Shown piece by piece: positions 13,115-26,721 of a stretch of 64,000 nucleotides of DNA. The notes below the pieces were generated by a model. The model made no database searches and was not told the origin of the DNA. It saw only the letters and a program-made list of their open reading frames with translations. The translations under genes and the position numbers were made by a program. The first letter of the stretch is position 1; every line of letters begins with the position of its first letter. This DNA is from Octopus sinensis (taxonomy: Eukaryota), in NCBI RefSeq assembly GCF_006345805.1, contig NC_043007.1, positions 7,688,001-7,752,000 on the forward strand, given 5' to 3'.

Positions 13115-13335
13115 TTTTTCTTCTTCTATCGCTTACCAGTTTCGGTTATTAAATAGCGGCCATGCTGGGGCACCACCTTGAACGGTTTAGTCGACGAAAT
13201 CAACCTGAATGCATTTTTGTAATGCTGGTACACATTCGATCGCTTTCTGCCGAACTATTGTGTTAAAGGGACGTAAGCAAACTAACACAGGGTGTCAAGC
13301 GGTGGGAGGAGATAACAAACACAAAGACACACACG
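13115..13335 (-). mobile_element. Degenerate SINE 3' part
   Basis: gcggccatgctggggcaccacc core shared with the 54731-55142 family. Confidence 0.6.
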
Positions 13336-13481
13336 CATGCGCGCACATACATACATACATACTTGCATACACACATATACATACATACGCACATTCATAC
13401 ATGCATACACACATATATATATATACATATACATATATACATATACACACACACACATATATATATGTATATATATGTGTG

Positions 13482-13533
<52 letters not shown>

Positions 13534-13610
13534 ATTAAGGTATGTAGAAAAATACAACATGGACAAGAACGTATAACTCATAGAAGACGATATATATATA
13601 TATGTATATG

Positions 13611-13706
<96 letters not shown>

Positions 13707-13833
13707 TATTTGGGCTAAATTTGACACTTTCCATAAAATGAAACAACAAAAGACAATATTCCATCCCAAAATAAAATACATTTTCAAAAATCAAGAAATA
13801 TCAACTCGATTATGGCAGGGAGATAACAGGTAA

Positions 13834-14870
13834 TCGCCAAAGTAACTGACCCTCCCCCACCTCCCCAGCTTCCACGATAGTCTCAGAACGACGCCGGAAC
13901 CTAGTGCATGCGTTCCTCGCTATGTCCCTGGAGAGATCTTTGAACACGTCCTTGAGCTTGGCTACTGACTTGTCGTTGGTGTTGCAGGCAGACCAGTTGT
14001 TGTCTTTCTCAACTGTACCCTACACATTGTAGTTCATAGGATTACAGTTGGGGAATTAGGTGGCCAGAAATTGGAACTGGTGAAGTCTTTCCTGAGACAT
14101 GGCAAGGAGTTGAATCCTGCTTCCACACATATGGCCATCCAGCAGCGCCTTCTCTAGCCAGGATTTGACCACAGTCTTTAACAGCTTTAGATAGTCATCT
14201 GAATTGAATCAAAGGCCCTGTTCAGAGACGTGGGGCGGCATGACATCATGATCATCAGAGACACACCCCAAAACCATCAGAGTTTTATATGTGAGACATC
14301 ACATGGATTGTAGGCAAGTCACCCGTTGTTCTAGGTGTTGTGTTACAGGTTCTGGCAGAATTCTTATCATCTGAGAAGAACCAGATCGTCTTTGGCTCAA
14401 CAAGACGCCACAGCTTGTTTAGGAGCTTCTTTGCCTTCGTGAAACGGGTCTCCTTGGCCTTGGCTGTCAGAATTTGTCCATCATACCTCTTGTACGTGAT
14501 GTAGCGAAGGCCCACAATCAGGGCCAGCTTTGTGGTGACGACTTCAACACCGATCCCTTTCACAAAAGCCCGGATTTCCTTACTTGGATCTTTCGTCAAC
14601 TTTTCCTGAAGTTGTAGGATGAATTCCGGTGTACGGACGCGATCAGAACACCTACTGTGTCCCTTCCCTCTGGCCACGGCTCCGTAGCCTTCGTTGCAGC
14701 TGCCATGTCACGTCTCACAGCCTTTTCAGTGTTCACAGGGGATTGAGCAGCAGTCATAACATCGGCACGAACCATCATCATAGAAGTAACGCTTTTCCAA
14801 TATTCGGGTGGTTTCCAGTGCTTCGTGTCATTTAACTTGTACTCAAATTCAACTTTAATCATCATGCTCT
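13834..14870 (-). mobile_element. Decayed IS630/Tc1/mariner transposase, maT/DD37D-like
   Basis: WFFSD(D/E)KN, VWKQDSTPCH, WPPNSP-CNPMNY motifs across frameshifts and stops. TIRs not located. Confidence 0.75.
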
Positions 14871-15109
14871 CCAACGCCGTTGACTGTTCACCAACACATC
14901 AAGCCGTTCTTGAGAAAAAGAGACATACGCAAATCCTCAAATTTAGCCCGAATACCCTGCGTTATAAAAGTACTTGATTTTATCTTCAATGCTTTATATA
15001 AATATTTGATACCTGATGACTATTTTATATATGTATATACATGCACACACATATATATATATATATATATCCCAGTATCGCTGATCACAGTGCACTTGGC
15101 ATTGTTTTA

Positions 15110-15337
15110 GTTTTCGAACGATGCCACCCGGCTGGCTAGGCGAGCAGGCCAACATTAACCCCTTGAGCGGAAGGCGAGTCCGTCGTAGGTTGACCCATTT
15201 ACCGCTGAGCGGACTGGGGCAACTGGGAATGAATTGTTTTGCTCAAGAACACAACGCACTGTACGGTCCGTGGATCGAACTCATGATCTGGTGACATCGA
15301 GTGCAATGCCCTAACCGTTTGACCACGCGACTTCACA
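15110..15337 (-). mobile_element. tRNA-derived SINE
   Basis: Minus-strand head tggtcaaacggttagg (box A) and gagttcgatcc (box B), then gtgttcttgagcaa core. Confidence 0.7.
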
Positions 15338-15664
15338 CTCGCGCACACACATAGACATATATATATATGGCTGCAAGGCGAGCTTCTCAGCTACACGTCC
15401 ATGCATAATCCTCATAACCGTTTTAATGTCCTCTCGTTGCTCCTTGCTTGTATGGGCCAAAGAAACTTGAATGGTTGGCTGCCCTTCCTGACACCAATCC
15501 GCATGTGTTTCATCGTAAGGTGAGACTTCGAATTTTTCATTTTCTCTCGCTTGCCTGTAGACTATATAGAAAACTGTACTGAATGACACCGCTTACATGA
15601 CTGTGACGCTCATTTACGACTATCACGCAATGTGAATGCGAGGAGACACAAACATACGCATATA

Positions 15665-15837
15665 TTTGACGACTTCTTTCCTGTTTCCATCGACAAAATC
15701 CACTTACTAACCTTTGGTGGGCACGGAGCTATAGTAGACGACACTTGCTCAAGGAGTCACGCAATCACGCAATAGTACACAATTCGAAATCACTTGGTTG
15801 GGATGAAAACTTCTTAACAACAGCCATACCTGCGCTA
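15665..15837 (-). mobile_element. Degenerate SINE 5' part
   Basis: Matches the gcgcagg..ggctg head and ttggtagacggaaac core of the 54731-55142 family. Confidence 0.55.
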
Positions 15838-16084
15838 TTTTATATAATCATAGGTTTGTGTGTGTGCGCGTGCATTTGTTGTCGTGGAGCAAACAGGTGA
15901 AACAAAACACAACAGTGTGTGTGTGTGTGTGTGTGTATTGCGTGTACATAAACGATTCGAGCCGAGAGTTTGATGCATTGAACTTAACTAACTTTGATAA
16001 GCCATGTGCTGGCTTCGATTTACAGCCGATCAAAATGTATGTTCTGTGCGTGTTTGAATGTTTATGCGTGCATACATAGATATT

Positions 16085-17022
16085 TAGTTCTTTATTGCTC
16101 ACAGGGGGCTAAACACAGAGAGGACAAACAAGGACAGACAAACGGATTAAGTCGATTACATCGACCCAGTGCTTAACTGGTACTTATTTAATCGACCACA
16201 AGAAGGATGAAGGGCAAAGTCGACCTCGGTGGAATTTGAACTCAGAACGTAACAGCAGACAAAATACTGCTAACTATTTCGCAATTTTTTTTTATTTCCC
16301 ACAAGGAGACAACAAAGAGGGGACATTACAATTTGATATGGGGTTAGATTTCACGTATTAATTAACAAAAATATGAATTAAAATTTTTTACATAATATGA
16401 ATAGTTCGAATGATAAGATATGCAAGACATTACAGAATGGAGTGGGGAGGCGGGATATGCTCGGATCCCACGAGCCCCGTCTTACCACTGATGCTTTGGG
16501 TTCTTCCTGCGGTTCCATCCATACACAACATTCGTGCGACATTCTTCCATCGATCTTGGAACATTTTCGCGGACAGGCATTTTCTCTCTAGCCCTATTTT
16601 CCTTCTTAGGTGGAAGGTGAAGAAATTCACCAATCTAGGGCCAGAGATAAAAATGCTTGTTATTAACCTTTGCCCGCGTGTCTTCCAAATCACCTTTCTC
16701 GCAATTCCTGCTGCGATGAGAAAGCAATTCTTACCTCCTTTCGATAAGAAATCCGATGTACTCTTCCTGTACTTGACAACAGTTGTTCGGCATATACCCA
16801 CACATCTGACACTGAACAAGAGCGTGCTGGACGCTTTCCTTGTCCCGGCCACATCTTAGACAGGTAGGTGGGCCAGGGCCACCATGACTTGTGAGCTTGT
16901 CTCGGACAGGTAAAGCTCCTCGGTAACATTGCCATGCCAAAGACCTCTGGAAGTTATCCAGTGTCTTCGGCCCGAATGTACGTTGGAACAGACTGGTCAG
17001 TGTGCTAACGATTCTGCCAGCT
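16085..17022 (-). mobile_element. SINE (16085-16282 plus 16998-17022) split by a nested LINE insertion
   Basis: Family sequence tttcgc|ccggcgtgctaac is interrupted at this point; the two halves are collinear. Confidence 0.7.
16283..16997 (-). mobile_element. 5'-truncated L1/Tx1-like LINE 3' end
   Basis: SLAWQCYRGALPVRDKL..CLRCGRDKESVQHALVQC zinc knuckle, IARKVIWKTR; poly(A) tail seen as a T run at 16285-16293. Confidence 0.8.
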
Positions 17023-17689
17023 TTCCTCCCTTGCATACATAAGTATTATGGGGCCTTATCAGTTGTCAGTCAAATCCAATCTGATCTTCCAGCATGAAAG
17101 AAAAATTTCCTCATACCTGATGCTGAGCTGTTCGTTAATTTTCCCGTGCAGAGAACATTGAATAAAATGTCACACAATTATCATTTTCATAACTGGCGAT
17201 CTGCGTTCAAAACCCACTGAAGTTAACTTTACCTTTCATTGATTCTTGATTGATAAACATTCTTCCAGTTCAAGGCACAGACAGAGAAAACTGCAACATG
17301 TGACAGATGACTTACAGCATTTATTCCGGCTCTTAGCATTCTGCGTTCAAATCTCTTGGTCAGCCTACATATGTTGGGCACTCAATCCCCAGTCTTTTAA
17401 CGCAATTTCGAGTTCCAAATTTGATTCCACTGAACAATAGCTTGGGCAAATGTAATTTTCTGTAGCTTCAGGCTTTTCTACAAATTGTGAATGAAATTAG
17501 GTGACCGGAAACTATATAGAAGTCCATCAAGGGGATTATACCTGTAATTTGAATTTTGTAGCCTTGTTACTCACAATTTGTCCAGCTGAATCTATCTTAT
17601 CCAAAATATATTACTAGAATCAAATCATTTCAAGGTTGCGAATTCCAAGTCCTTAGTGATGATTGCTCCCGCCACCCCGCTTTAATCGG

Positions 17690-18060
17690 GCAGGTAACTG
17701 CTTTGCCTGCCCCATGAAAGGAGCCTAGTGGCTGTGGCGAAAGAGGTTGTCTGGTGGACGAGACTGAAAGATATGAGGACAGATATATTCCTCTTTAGTC
17801 TGACTTTTTCAAATTTGACATCAAAAAGGAAATTGAGGCTGGAGTGGGAATTGCTGTTCTCGTGTGAGTTTATTGAAAGGTGGGTGAAATTTGCGAAGAA
17901 GGCAAGCGTGGATGGTACCTCTATAAGAATAGACCTCTGAGTCGAAGAAAGGATTTTTAGAGAGGGCACTTGACCTTGGTTTTCAGGGAGATCTTGGACG
18001 GTAGGTATTCCTAGGTTATTCCCAGAGGTTCCCTTGTATCAGGAGGATTACATCACTATT
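17690..18060 (+). mobile_element. Second Tx1-like LINE 3' fragment, diverged
   Basis: VAKEVVWWTR..IKRKLRLE..FIERWVKFAK parallels IARKVIWKTR..LRRKIGLE..FQDRWKNVAR at 16430-16720. Confidence 0.65.
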
Positions 18061-18437
18061 ATTTCCACTCCCTTTTAGGTTTACCTTTCAATACTATATT
18101 CCATTTCCTTTTCATTGCATACCGCCTATACTGGCTCATTATTCATTTATTTATTTATTTATCTGTTTATTTATTTATTTATGTATTTATTTATTTATTT
18201 ATCTGTTTATTTATTTATTTATGTATTTATTTATTTATTTATCTGTTTATTTATTTTATCATTTCATTATATGTAAACACCCACCCTATGTCTCTGTGTA
18301 TTCTTCTCCTCATCCTTCGCCCTGGTGGAAAATAAATGAAATCACCATCACCATCACCATCATTATCATTGTCGTCGTCATTGTTGTTATTATTATTGTT
18401 ATCATCATCAGCATCATTATTATTATTATTATTATTA

Positions 18438-18498
<61 letters not shown>

Positions 18499-18533
18499 CA
18501 TTATTCATAATAATAATTATTAATTATTATTAT

Positions 18534-20160
18534 ATGTTTGGCTTTTGCTTTGTGTTTGTACAGGTTGATTCTAGAGCCTAAAAGAGATAACAAGTTAGAC
18601 GTTGAAGTTGGTGCTATGACTAGGATACCATTTATTTGGTTTTGTACAGAGTATCGTTCTAGAGAATGTCTGTCAAAACAAGTAAATTAAAAGTTCGTTT
18701 TAAGAGTAATTGGAATATAAGATGATAATGTGAACTAAGGTAACACCTTTTATTTTTCGAGCACCTTCCGCAGTATTCGAGCGGTCACAAGTAGTGCTGT
18801 TTTCTGCAAGTGCTCCACCCTTATTGCAACCCCTTTTGTTCCACGTACCTCTCGAGATTTTTGCTCACTGTTCCCAGGGCTCCAACAATTATTGGTACTA
18901 CTGCTACCACAACTGCTTAACTTCCCAAGCTAACCTGTCATATCTCTCGACTTTTCTTTCTTCCTTATCGCATATCTTGTTGTCAGCTGGGAATGCTATA
19001 TCTTTGATCCAGCATAGTTTGTTTTCTCTCTCAATTAAGACTATGTCTGGTTTCCTATTCTCAATCTCATGGTCGCACTGAATCATAAAATCCCATAGGA
19101 TCTTTGCATTTCTATTTTCGACGATGTCTTTGGGGTTGTTGTCGTACCAAATTTTTGCACTGTCAAGTTCATACTTATAGCAAAGTCTCCAATAGACAAG
19201 CCTGGCGATATTGTTGTGGCGTCTCTTAAATTCCTTCTGGGATAGTGGCGTACATCGGCTGGTAATATGCCATATGGTTTCACCGTTTTGTCAACGGATT
19301 CTGCACTTATCACTTTCTGATGTGCTGTCTATTCTTTATTTCATGTAGTTTGTTCTTAGTGCTTGCTCTTGGGCAGCACAGATTAGAGCCTCTGTTTCGA
19401 TTTTAAATCACTTTTAGTCATCCACAGCCATCTTTTTTCTCTGTCTGTCATATCTTCAACATCCCTATGAAATTGTCCTTGCATCCTTTTCTTTACCCAC
19501 CTATTTTCAGTTTCATTCGTTTTCAATTGCTTGTACAGTGCTTTATCTTTGCAATCTTCCATCCTATACAAGCCCGACCTTCCTACTTCTAATTACAGCG
19601 GTTCTGTGGCATTTTTTACATACCATGTTCTAATGCTGAGTTCGCATCCAGTAAGTTCTCTTCCCCCTCTTTTCCTTGGTACATACAGTCTGTCTGTGCC
19701 ACTTTTGGGGTAGAATATTCCATATCTAGTTAGCAACTTCCTTGTCTTTCTGTCTAAGCTGTTTAATTCGTCTACTGTCCATGCGATTACCCCTGTTCCA
19801 TATCTGAGGAGTGAAACCGCCCATGTGTTGATAGCTTCAGTCTTATTCCATCCGTTTAATTTCGACTTAAGGATCAGTCACAGTCTGCACAATTTCTCCA
19901 AATTAATTTTTTCTGTCATTTCTTTCTCTATCAATTTATCCATTTCCAATATCCCCAAGTACTTATAGCCCGTCTCTTCTATCTGCTTCATAACCTCCCC
20001 CGACGGTATCGTTAGTCCGTCCATACATTTGATTTTGCCTCTCTTCAAGACTAACACACCACACTTTCTCAGTCCGTACTCCAGTCTGATATCAGCACTG
20101 AAGGTATACACCGTATCAACGAAGGAACTAACTTGGGCTTCATCTTTACCATAAAGTTTG
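18534..20160 (-). mobile_element. R4/Dong-clade LINE (RT C-terminus, CCHC, restriction-like endonuclease), decayed
   Basis: YKYLGI, RLYVPRKRGGR, EALICAAQEQALRT, RHNNIA, ILWD..RKPDIVL..DIAFPAD, QKTALL-TARILRKVL; bounded by (TTA)n on both sides. Confidence 0.9.
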
Positions 20161-20161
20161 A

Positions 20162-20242
<81 letters not shown>

Positions 20243-20245
<3 letters not shown>

Positions 20246-20583
20246 TAGTTTTATTTTTATAGCGTGCTTTCACTTCACTACCGAGCGTAGCTCTGTGTGC
20301 CTTAGGTATGTGCTGTGATTTGTTGTGATGCTCTGATGGTTATTGTATGGAAAGTGTTCTGCGTAGGATGTGTGCAGTGCCTAGTAGTGCAATTTTCTGT
20401 ATGTTATATGTGTTTGTAAGTCCTGATGTTTTTGTTATGTATTTGTCTGAATATTTTTTTATCATGCCTAATGCACCTACTATGATAGGAATTGTTTCTG
20501 TTTTTAGATTCCACATTCTGGTTACCTCCATTTCCAGGTCTTTGTATTTTGAAAGTTTCTCCATTTCTTTTAGAAACACGTTG
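20243..20583 (-). mobile_element. R4/Dong 3' fragment, second family, copy 1
   Basis: KLSKYKDLE..IPIIVGALG..QKIALLGTAHILRR; flanked by (TTA)n. Confidence 0.85.
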
Positions 20584-20599
20584 TATTATTATTATTATT

Positions 20600-21153
20600 G
20601 AGTGAGAGAGCAGTTCATGCCATCAAAGTGACACTAGAGTAAAATATACGAAGCCCAATATACCCATCATGACTACCCGTCTGATAAAGGTACACCAGGC
20701 ACATGCTTCACAACCATATGTGCGCGACATGGTGATCTCATATCAAGATAAACAGCACATGACCTTGCAGGTGGGGCCCAGTTAGAATTTTCTTTAGGTT
20801 GAGTAGCCCATCACGCTCAAACGGTCCCTGAATAAGGGTTGTTTAAGGATGTTGAAAGAACCACTCATGTTTCCAGAGGTGAACTATTCAAACCCCAAAG
20901 AATCCCTCTCAACACATGGCTATGATGCTCCCCCACTACTTCTGCTCGTGATCAGAGATGCACATATCGTCAGCCACTAAGGGACATGATCAACTGGTTA
21001 AGGTCAAACAACTGACAAGCAAATCTGTGGTATTGAGCAGAATATTTGCTGTAGCCCATCTTTTATACCAAGACAAAACAATGTACATGATAAAACTTCC
21101 AATCAGTTAAGATCAGAAGCCATGAGAGCCACTGCCTGGTACTGCATCAGGGC

Positions 21154-21155
<2 letters not shown>
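20600..21155. mobile_element. Non-coding ~555-bp element inserted in (TTA)n
   Basis: Sharp (TTA)n boundaries, no ORF; partial second copy at 23262-23375. Confidence 0.65.
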
Positions 21156-21202
<47 letters not shown>

Positions 21203-21205
<3 letters not shown>

Positions 21206-21503
21206 TAGTTTTATTTTTATAGCGTGCTTTCACTTCACTACCGAGCGCAGCTCTGTGTGCCTTGGGTATGTACTGTGATTTGTTGTGATGCTCTGATGGT
21301 TATTGTATGGAAAGTGTTCGGCGTAGGATGTGTGCAGTGCCTAGTAGTGCAATTTTCTGTATGTTATATGTGTTTGTAAGTCCTGGTGTTTTTGTTATGT
21401 ATTTGTCTGAATATTTTTTTATCATGCCTAATGCACCTACTATGATAGGAATTGTTTCTGTTTTCAGATTCCACATTCTAGTTACCTCTATTTCCAGGTC
21501 TTT

Positions 21504-21504
<1 letters not shown>
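21203..21504 (-). mobile_element. R4/Dong 3' fragment, second family, copy 2
   Basis: Near-identical to 20243-20545 with the same 3' junction to (TTA)n. Confidence 0.85.
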
Positions 21505-21580
<76 letters not shown>

Positions 21581-22263
21581 TTCCTTCTTTCTTCAAATCT
21601 TCTTCCGTTTCTCGCCGAGTGTTTTCCGTACACCTGGGGCAGAGAAGCTCATTGTATGCATTTCCAGATTACACGCGCAAATTCACAGGTAAAATATGTA
21701 TTTAAAAAATTAATAAATAAATTCATGAGTGGATGTTGTTTTCACAGCGATAATGCTCTTCTCAGTACATGAGTCGTTCGAGTTAACACTGTCTTTTGCA
21801 CTTCCTGTAGGGATGGTAAGCCTGGTATCATTTTCAAACAGGTTTCAGTACCTTTTTTTATCATTCCTTGAGATCCTACAATCACTGATACTGTAGTCGC
21901 CTTGAGATGCCACATTTTTTCAATTTCTATTTACAAGTATTTATATTTACTAATCTTGTCAAATTCTTTCACTGCTATATTGTGATCGCAGGGAATACTC
22001 ATGTCAATTAATAAACACACCTTTTTTTGTCTGATCTTTTATAATAATATCCGGTTTATTAGCTTTTATAGTTTTGTCGGGGAAGTCCCACAGAATTGAC
22101 ACATTTTCTCCCTCAGTCACAGCTTCAGGATGGTGTTTATACCATTTGTCAGTGGTTTTGATTTTATAATGCCGACATATTGTCCAATGTAAATACTGGC
22201 CGATTCTATCATGCCTTGCTTTATATTCTACACCCTGAGATTAGGTGGTGTACAGTTTCGATC
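21581..22263 (-). mobile_element. R4/Dong 3' fragment, third family
   Basis: YKARHDRIGQYLHW, ILWDF..NKPDIIIKD..LIDMSIP; (TTA)n flanks. Confidence 0.85.
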
Positions 22264-22284
22264 TCATCATCATTATTATTATTG

Positions 22285-22351
<67 letters not shown>

Positions 22352-22529
22352 CATTATTATTATTATTGTCATTATTATTATTATTGTTGTTGCTGTTATT
22401 GTTATTATTATTATTATTATTTTATTATTATTATTATATTATTATTATTATTATTATTATTATATTATTATTATTATTATTATTGTCATTATTATTATTG
22501 TTGTTGTTGTTATTGTTATTATTATTATG

Positions 22530-22740
22530 AAGGCGGTGAGCTAACAGAACCGTTAGCACGCCGGGAAAAATACTTAACGGCATTTCGTCTGTCTTTACGT
22601 TCTGAGTTCAAATGGTGCCGGGTGGACTTTGCCTTTCATCCTTTTGGAGTCGATAAATAAAGTACCAGTGGAGTTAATGTACTCGCCTAGTTCCCTCCCA
22701 CAAAATTTCAAGCCTTGTACCTGAAATAGTAGAAAGGATA
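22530..22740 (+). mobile_element. SINE (ggcggcgagctggcagaa family)
   Basis: Matches 7098-7475. Confidence 0.75.
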
Positions 22741-22746
22741 ATTATT

Positions 22747-22784
<38 letters not shown>

Positions 22785-22785
22785 T

Positions 22786-23261
22786 TTTGTTCAGCGTTTG
22801 GTAGTTTCAGGCAAATTTCTACTGCATCAGCTGCTGCACCTCTGTGTTGCCGAAGTATTTGCAGCATTGTGAGTTGTTTTGTTGTTGCTGGGAGTGTGCA
22901 AACTCGTCCCGGTAGTGTATTGCGTCACTTTCTTTTTATTATGTGGTGTGGTGCAACCTTTTAGTGTTTTCCCTTTATGTTATGTGTGTAGAGCGTTGGG
23001 TAATTGGCCTGCTGGTGGCAGTTTATTTCATTAGATATTTGCTGCATAGTGTTTCTTGTATTTCTGGATTGTTTTCTTTATGTTGTATTATTGAACTGAT
23101 CGTGTCTTGCATAGGATATGAGCTGTTTCGATCAGGGCTACTTTTTGGATACCTTGTAGTGTTGAGGATCCAGCTGTAGCTTCTACATATTTATTCATAT
23201 GTTGTTTCTTTTTATCATGCCCAAATGCTCTATTTATTACTGGTACTGTTTTTACCTTCAC
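22786..23261 (-). mobile_element. Old R4/Dong-like 3' fragment
   Basis: VKTVPV..GAFGMIK..KVALIETAHIL remnants; abuts a (GTA)n run. Confidence 0.6.
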
Positions 23262-23441
23262 GTCCCATATATACGAAGCCCAATATACTCATCATGACTA
23301 CTCGTCTCACAAGGATACACCAGGCACACACACCACATTCATATGTGTGCGATATGGTAGCCTTCGGTGAATTGGCGGAATTATTAGGGCATCTTCAAAA
23401 ATTGGTTTGCGGTATTACTTTCGGCTCTTTATATTCTCGCT

Positions 23442-23476
<35 letters not shown>

Positions 23477-23599
23477 CATACATATACACATGCAATTCAT
23501 ATACACTTACAGATTGCTATACATACCCTCTAAATACGCACACATACGTACATACATGTATCTACCTATCTATCTATCTATCTATCGAACTACCTATCT

Positions 23600-23636
<37 letters not shown>

Positions 23637-24848
23637 ACACACAGACATGTGCATGTATATTTACACACACGTGTGTGTGTGTGTATTTGTGTGGTGTGGT
23701 ATGGTGTGTGGTGTGGTATGGTGTGTGTTTGTATGTTTAATCGAAACTAGACATAATTTTATTTATTCAAGTTAAACACTTTACCATTTGCACACAACAG
23801 GATTAAAAATATGTTTTTTAAAATCAATCAAAAAACATTCAAAATACCCGGATGCACACCGTTTTTAAGGCAACACCCGGCAGATCAAGCGCCAAGCGAA
23901 TTTGTGTTCAATGAAATGTTTCATGTGAAGCTTCGCAGATTTCTTTCATTATTTCTTTTTTTCTCATTTCCTTTTCTCCTAATTAAAGTTATATTTATTT
24001 ATTCCTTTATTTATTTGTTACTAAATTCTCAAAATCACATAAAATTATTTTCGCTTTTTATTTGCATATTTTGTTTTGTTTTGTTTTTTGTTGATATAAA
24101 GTTTCCTTTCCTCTGATTGGTTTTTAACGAATCTGCACATATACACACACAAATAGATATGTAGGTAGGTAGGTAGGTAGGTATGTGTGTGTCTGTGTGT
24201 GTATGTATGTATATATGTATGTATGTGTACGTGCGTATGTATGTGTTTGTACGTATGCATGAATGAATGTATGTATATATGTATGTGTGCGAATGGATGG
24301 ATGTCTGTGTGTATGTGTGTGTATGTGTGTATGTATGTATATGTGTGTATGTATGCATGAGGTGTATATATGTGCGTGCATGTATGTATATATATATGTG
24401 TGTGTATGTATGTATGCGTGTGTATATATATATGTACGTTTGTCCGTGTGTGTATATATGTATACGTATGTATGTGTGTGTATATATGTGTGGTTATGTA
24501 TGTCTGTGTGTGTATGTGTATGTGTGTATATATGCGTGTGTTTGTGTATGTAAGTATTTGTATTTATGTATGTATGTCTGTGTATGTATGTATTTATGCA
24601 TGTCTGTGTATGTATGTGTGTATGTATGTTTGTCTGTGTGTGTGAATATATATATATATATATACTTATATACACACACACACACATATATATATATATC
24701 ATATAGATGAGAACACTTTATAAACAAACTTAGAAGCACCGAATGGGTTGGTATTCCGCAGAATTCCTTTGTATATAAAGAATTATACACACATACACAT
24801 ACACACATCTATATATATGTATATGTATATATGTACATTTGTGTGTGC

Positions 24849-24883
<35 letters not shown>

Positions 24884-24964
24884 TGTATGTATGTATGTAT
24901 GTATGTATGTATGTGTGTATGTATGTATGTATGTGTGTATGTATGTATGTATATATGCATATGT

Positions 24965-25275
24965 AGGCGCAGGCGTGGCTGTGTGGTATCAATTTTGATT
25001 CCCAACCACATGGTTCCAGGTTCAGTCTCACTGCATGGAAACTTGGGCAAAGACTTGTTAGTGGATTTGGTACACGGAAGCTGAAAGGAGTCCGTCGTAT
25101 GTATGTGTGTGTGTGTGTGAGTGTGTGCATGGGGGTGCGTGCGTGCGTGCGTGCGTTCTTCCCCGTAACTTAGCGGTTTCGGAAAGGAGAACGATAGAAT
25201 GGATACCAAGCTTCACTTAGATTTCTTTATGTTGGTACTCCAGCATGGCCGCACTCCAATAACTGAAATAGGTAA
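24965..25275 (+). mobile_element. SINE (ggcgcaggagtggctgtgtgg family) with internal deletions
   Basis: Head, (GT)n centre and tail match 54731-55142. Confidence 0.75.
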
Positions 25276-26626
25276 AAGATGGAAGATAGAACATATTTTT
25301 CCAAGTCACTTTTCTGTGGAATTTCCGACCATTTCCTCGTGAATTTAGTTGATCGAACAACTAAATCCTCAACGTCGAACCTCAACACAAACCTGAGGAA
25401 TACTCAGCCATTTATGCATCAAATTATATCAGATAATGTGAGCGGGTCAAGCAAGTGGATCCCCGTCGTTAAAAGGCGGAGATTCGCCATATACTGGGAC
25501 ATGGTCACCGACACGGACGGATACACACGCACACACACACTGATATGCAACACACACGCACCGATACGTACACACGCACACAAACCGATACGGACACACA
25601 CACATACACACACACGCACGCACACAAACAAGCAGAGACATATCTCATTTGCAAGGATTTTTTTCTTTCTTGTTATTAAAACGCAGTTGTTGTCGATGCA
25701 GCCATACGGGGTGGGAGGGCTCCGTTTTGTAAGGGTGTCAAAGATATTAGTTTTTAGTTTTTGTTCCTTATGCTCATTGATTGGGTGGTAAATAATGCTT
25801 TTATTTACTACAGTAAATAATCTTTCTTTAAAATCAAAAATCAAAATCTCGCCTTAAAACTACTTCGAAATGACATCAAAATGTCAGTGAAATGTTTTCG
25901 TTATTCTAAAAGCTTCCTCTACATGACATAAATAAATTGTGGCAGAGATGACGTTTATAACAAAATGCAGCCGTTCATTCACTGATCCCCATTTATAAAA
26001 ATGGGTCTTCTTTCAACTCACGGAGGCGCCAGAGCAGAGGGAATTATGCATCAACCATTTTGTGTACTTTGAAAAAAAGTATTTTGTTTTCTTCCTTTTT
26101 GGCCCCTTTCTCCAATATTTGAATGTTTTTTGCGATTAATATATTCAAACACTCCGGATGCATGGAATAAGAAAGAGAAAAACATAAGTTACTTTAAACT
26201 ATTTTGTGATACGTTCTTCGCACTAAATCCAATACACATCTTGTGTGTGTGTGTGTGTGTGGTGTGTGTGTGTGTGTGTGTGTGTGTCTGTGTGTGTCTG
26301 TGTCTGTGTCTGTGTGTGTCTGTGTCTGTGTGTGTCTGTGTCTGTGTCTGTGTGTCTGTGTGTATGTGCGAGCATGCATGCAGTATTTTCCAGTGTGTCT
26401 TTTCTTTAACAGCGCTCGAATTTTTCAGCATTCATAAGTCTGTGTACCTACGTGTGTGTCTGTGGGTGAATATTATGTATTAGATACAATATTTAGATGA
26501 ATATATTTGTGTGGACATTTATGGGAGATTACTCAGTCAAGTTATATCTTCATTGATTACAGAGTTCGCGGTTTGTAACTGAGAAATAGAATTTATGACT
26601 TTTGGCTCGGGATGTATAATTGTCAG

Positions 26627-26721
26627 AATATTCGCCAAAAGGAACCCATCTTCCTGGCGACAATTTGAGGAAATCTCGGATCTTCCTTTGTGTGATAGCT
26701 CTTGCGCTCCCTTAGTATCTG
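26627..26721 (+). CDS. Candidate exon IFAKRNPSSWRQFEEISDLPLCDSSCAPLVS (alternative acceptor at 26563)
   Basis: Acceptor aattgtcag or cattgattacag; donor TG|gtactt is weak; open frame ending in phase 1. Confidence 0.35.

Noticed and set aside
21125-21145. U1 snRNA-like stretch (taccaggcagtgg on the minus strand)
   Set aside because: Only about 13 nt of partial identity and no downstream U1 structure.
26563-26600. Selenocysteine codon (CN-TGA)
   Set aside because: No SECIS identified and no selenoprotein family resemblance; the TGA is avoided if the 26627 acceptor is used.
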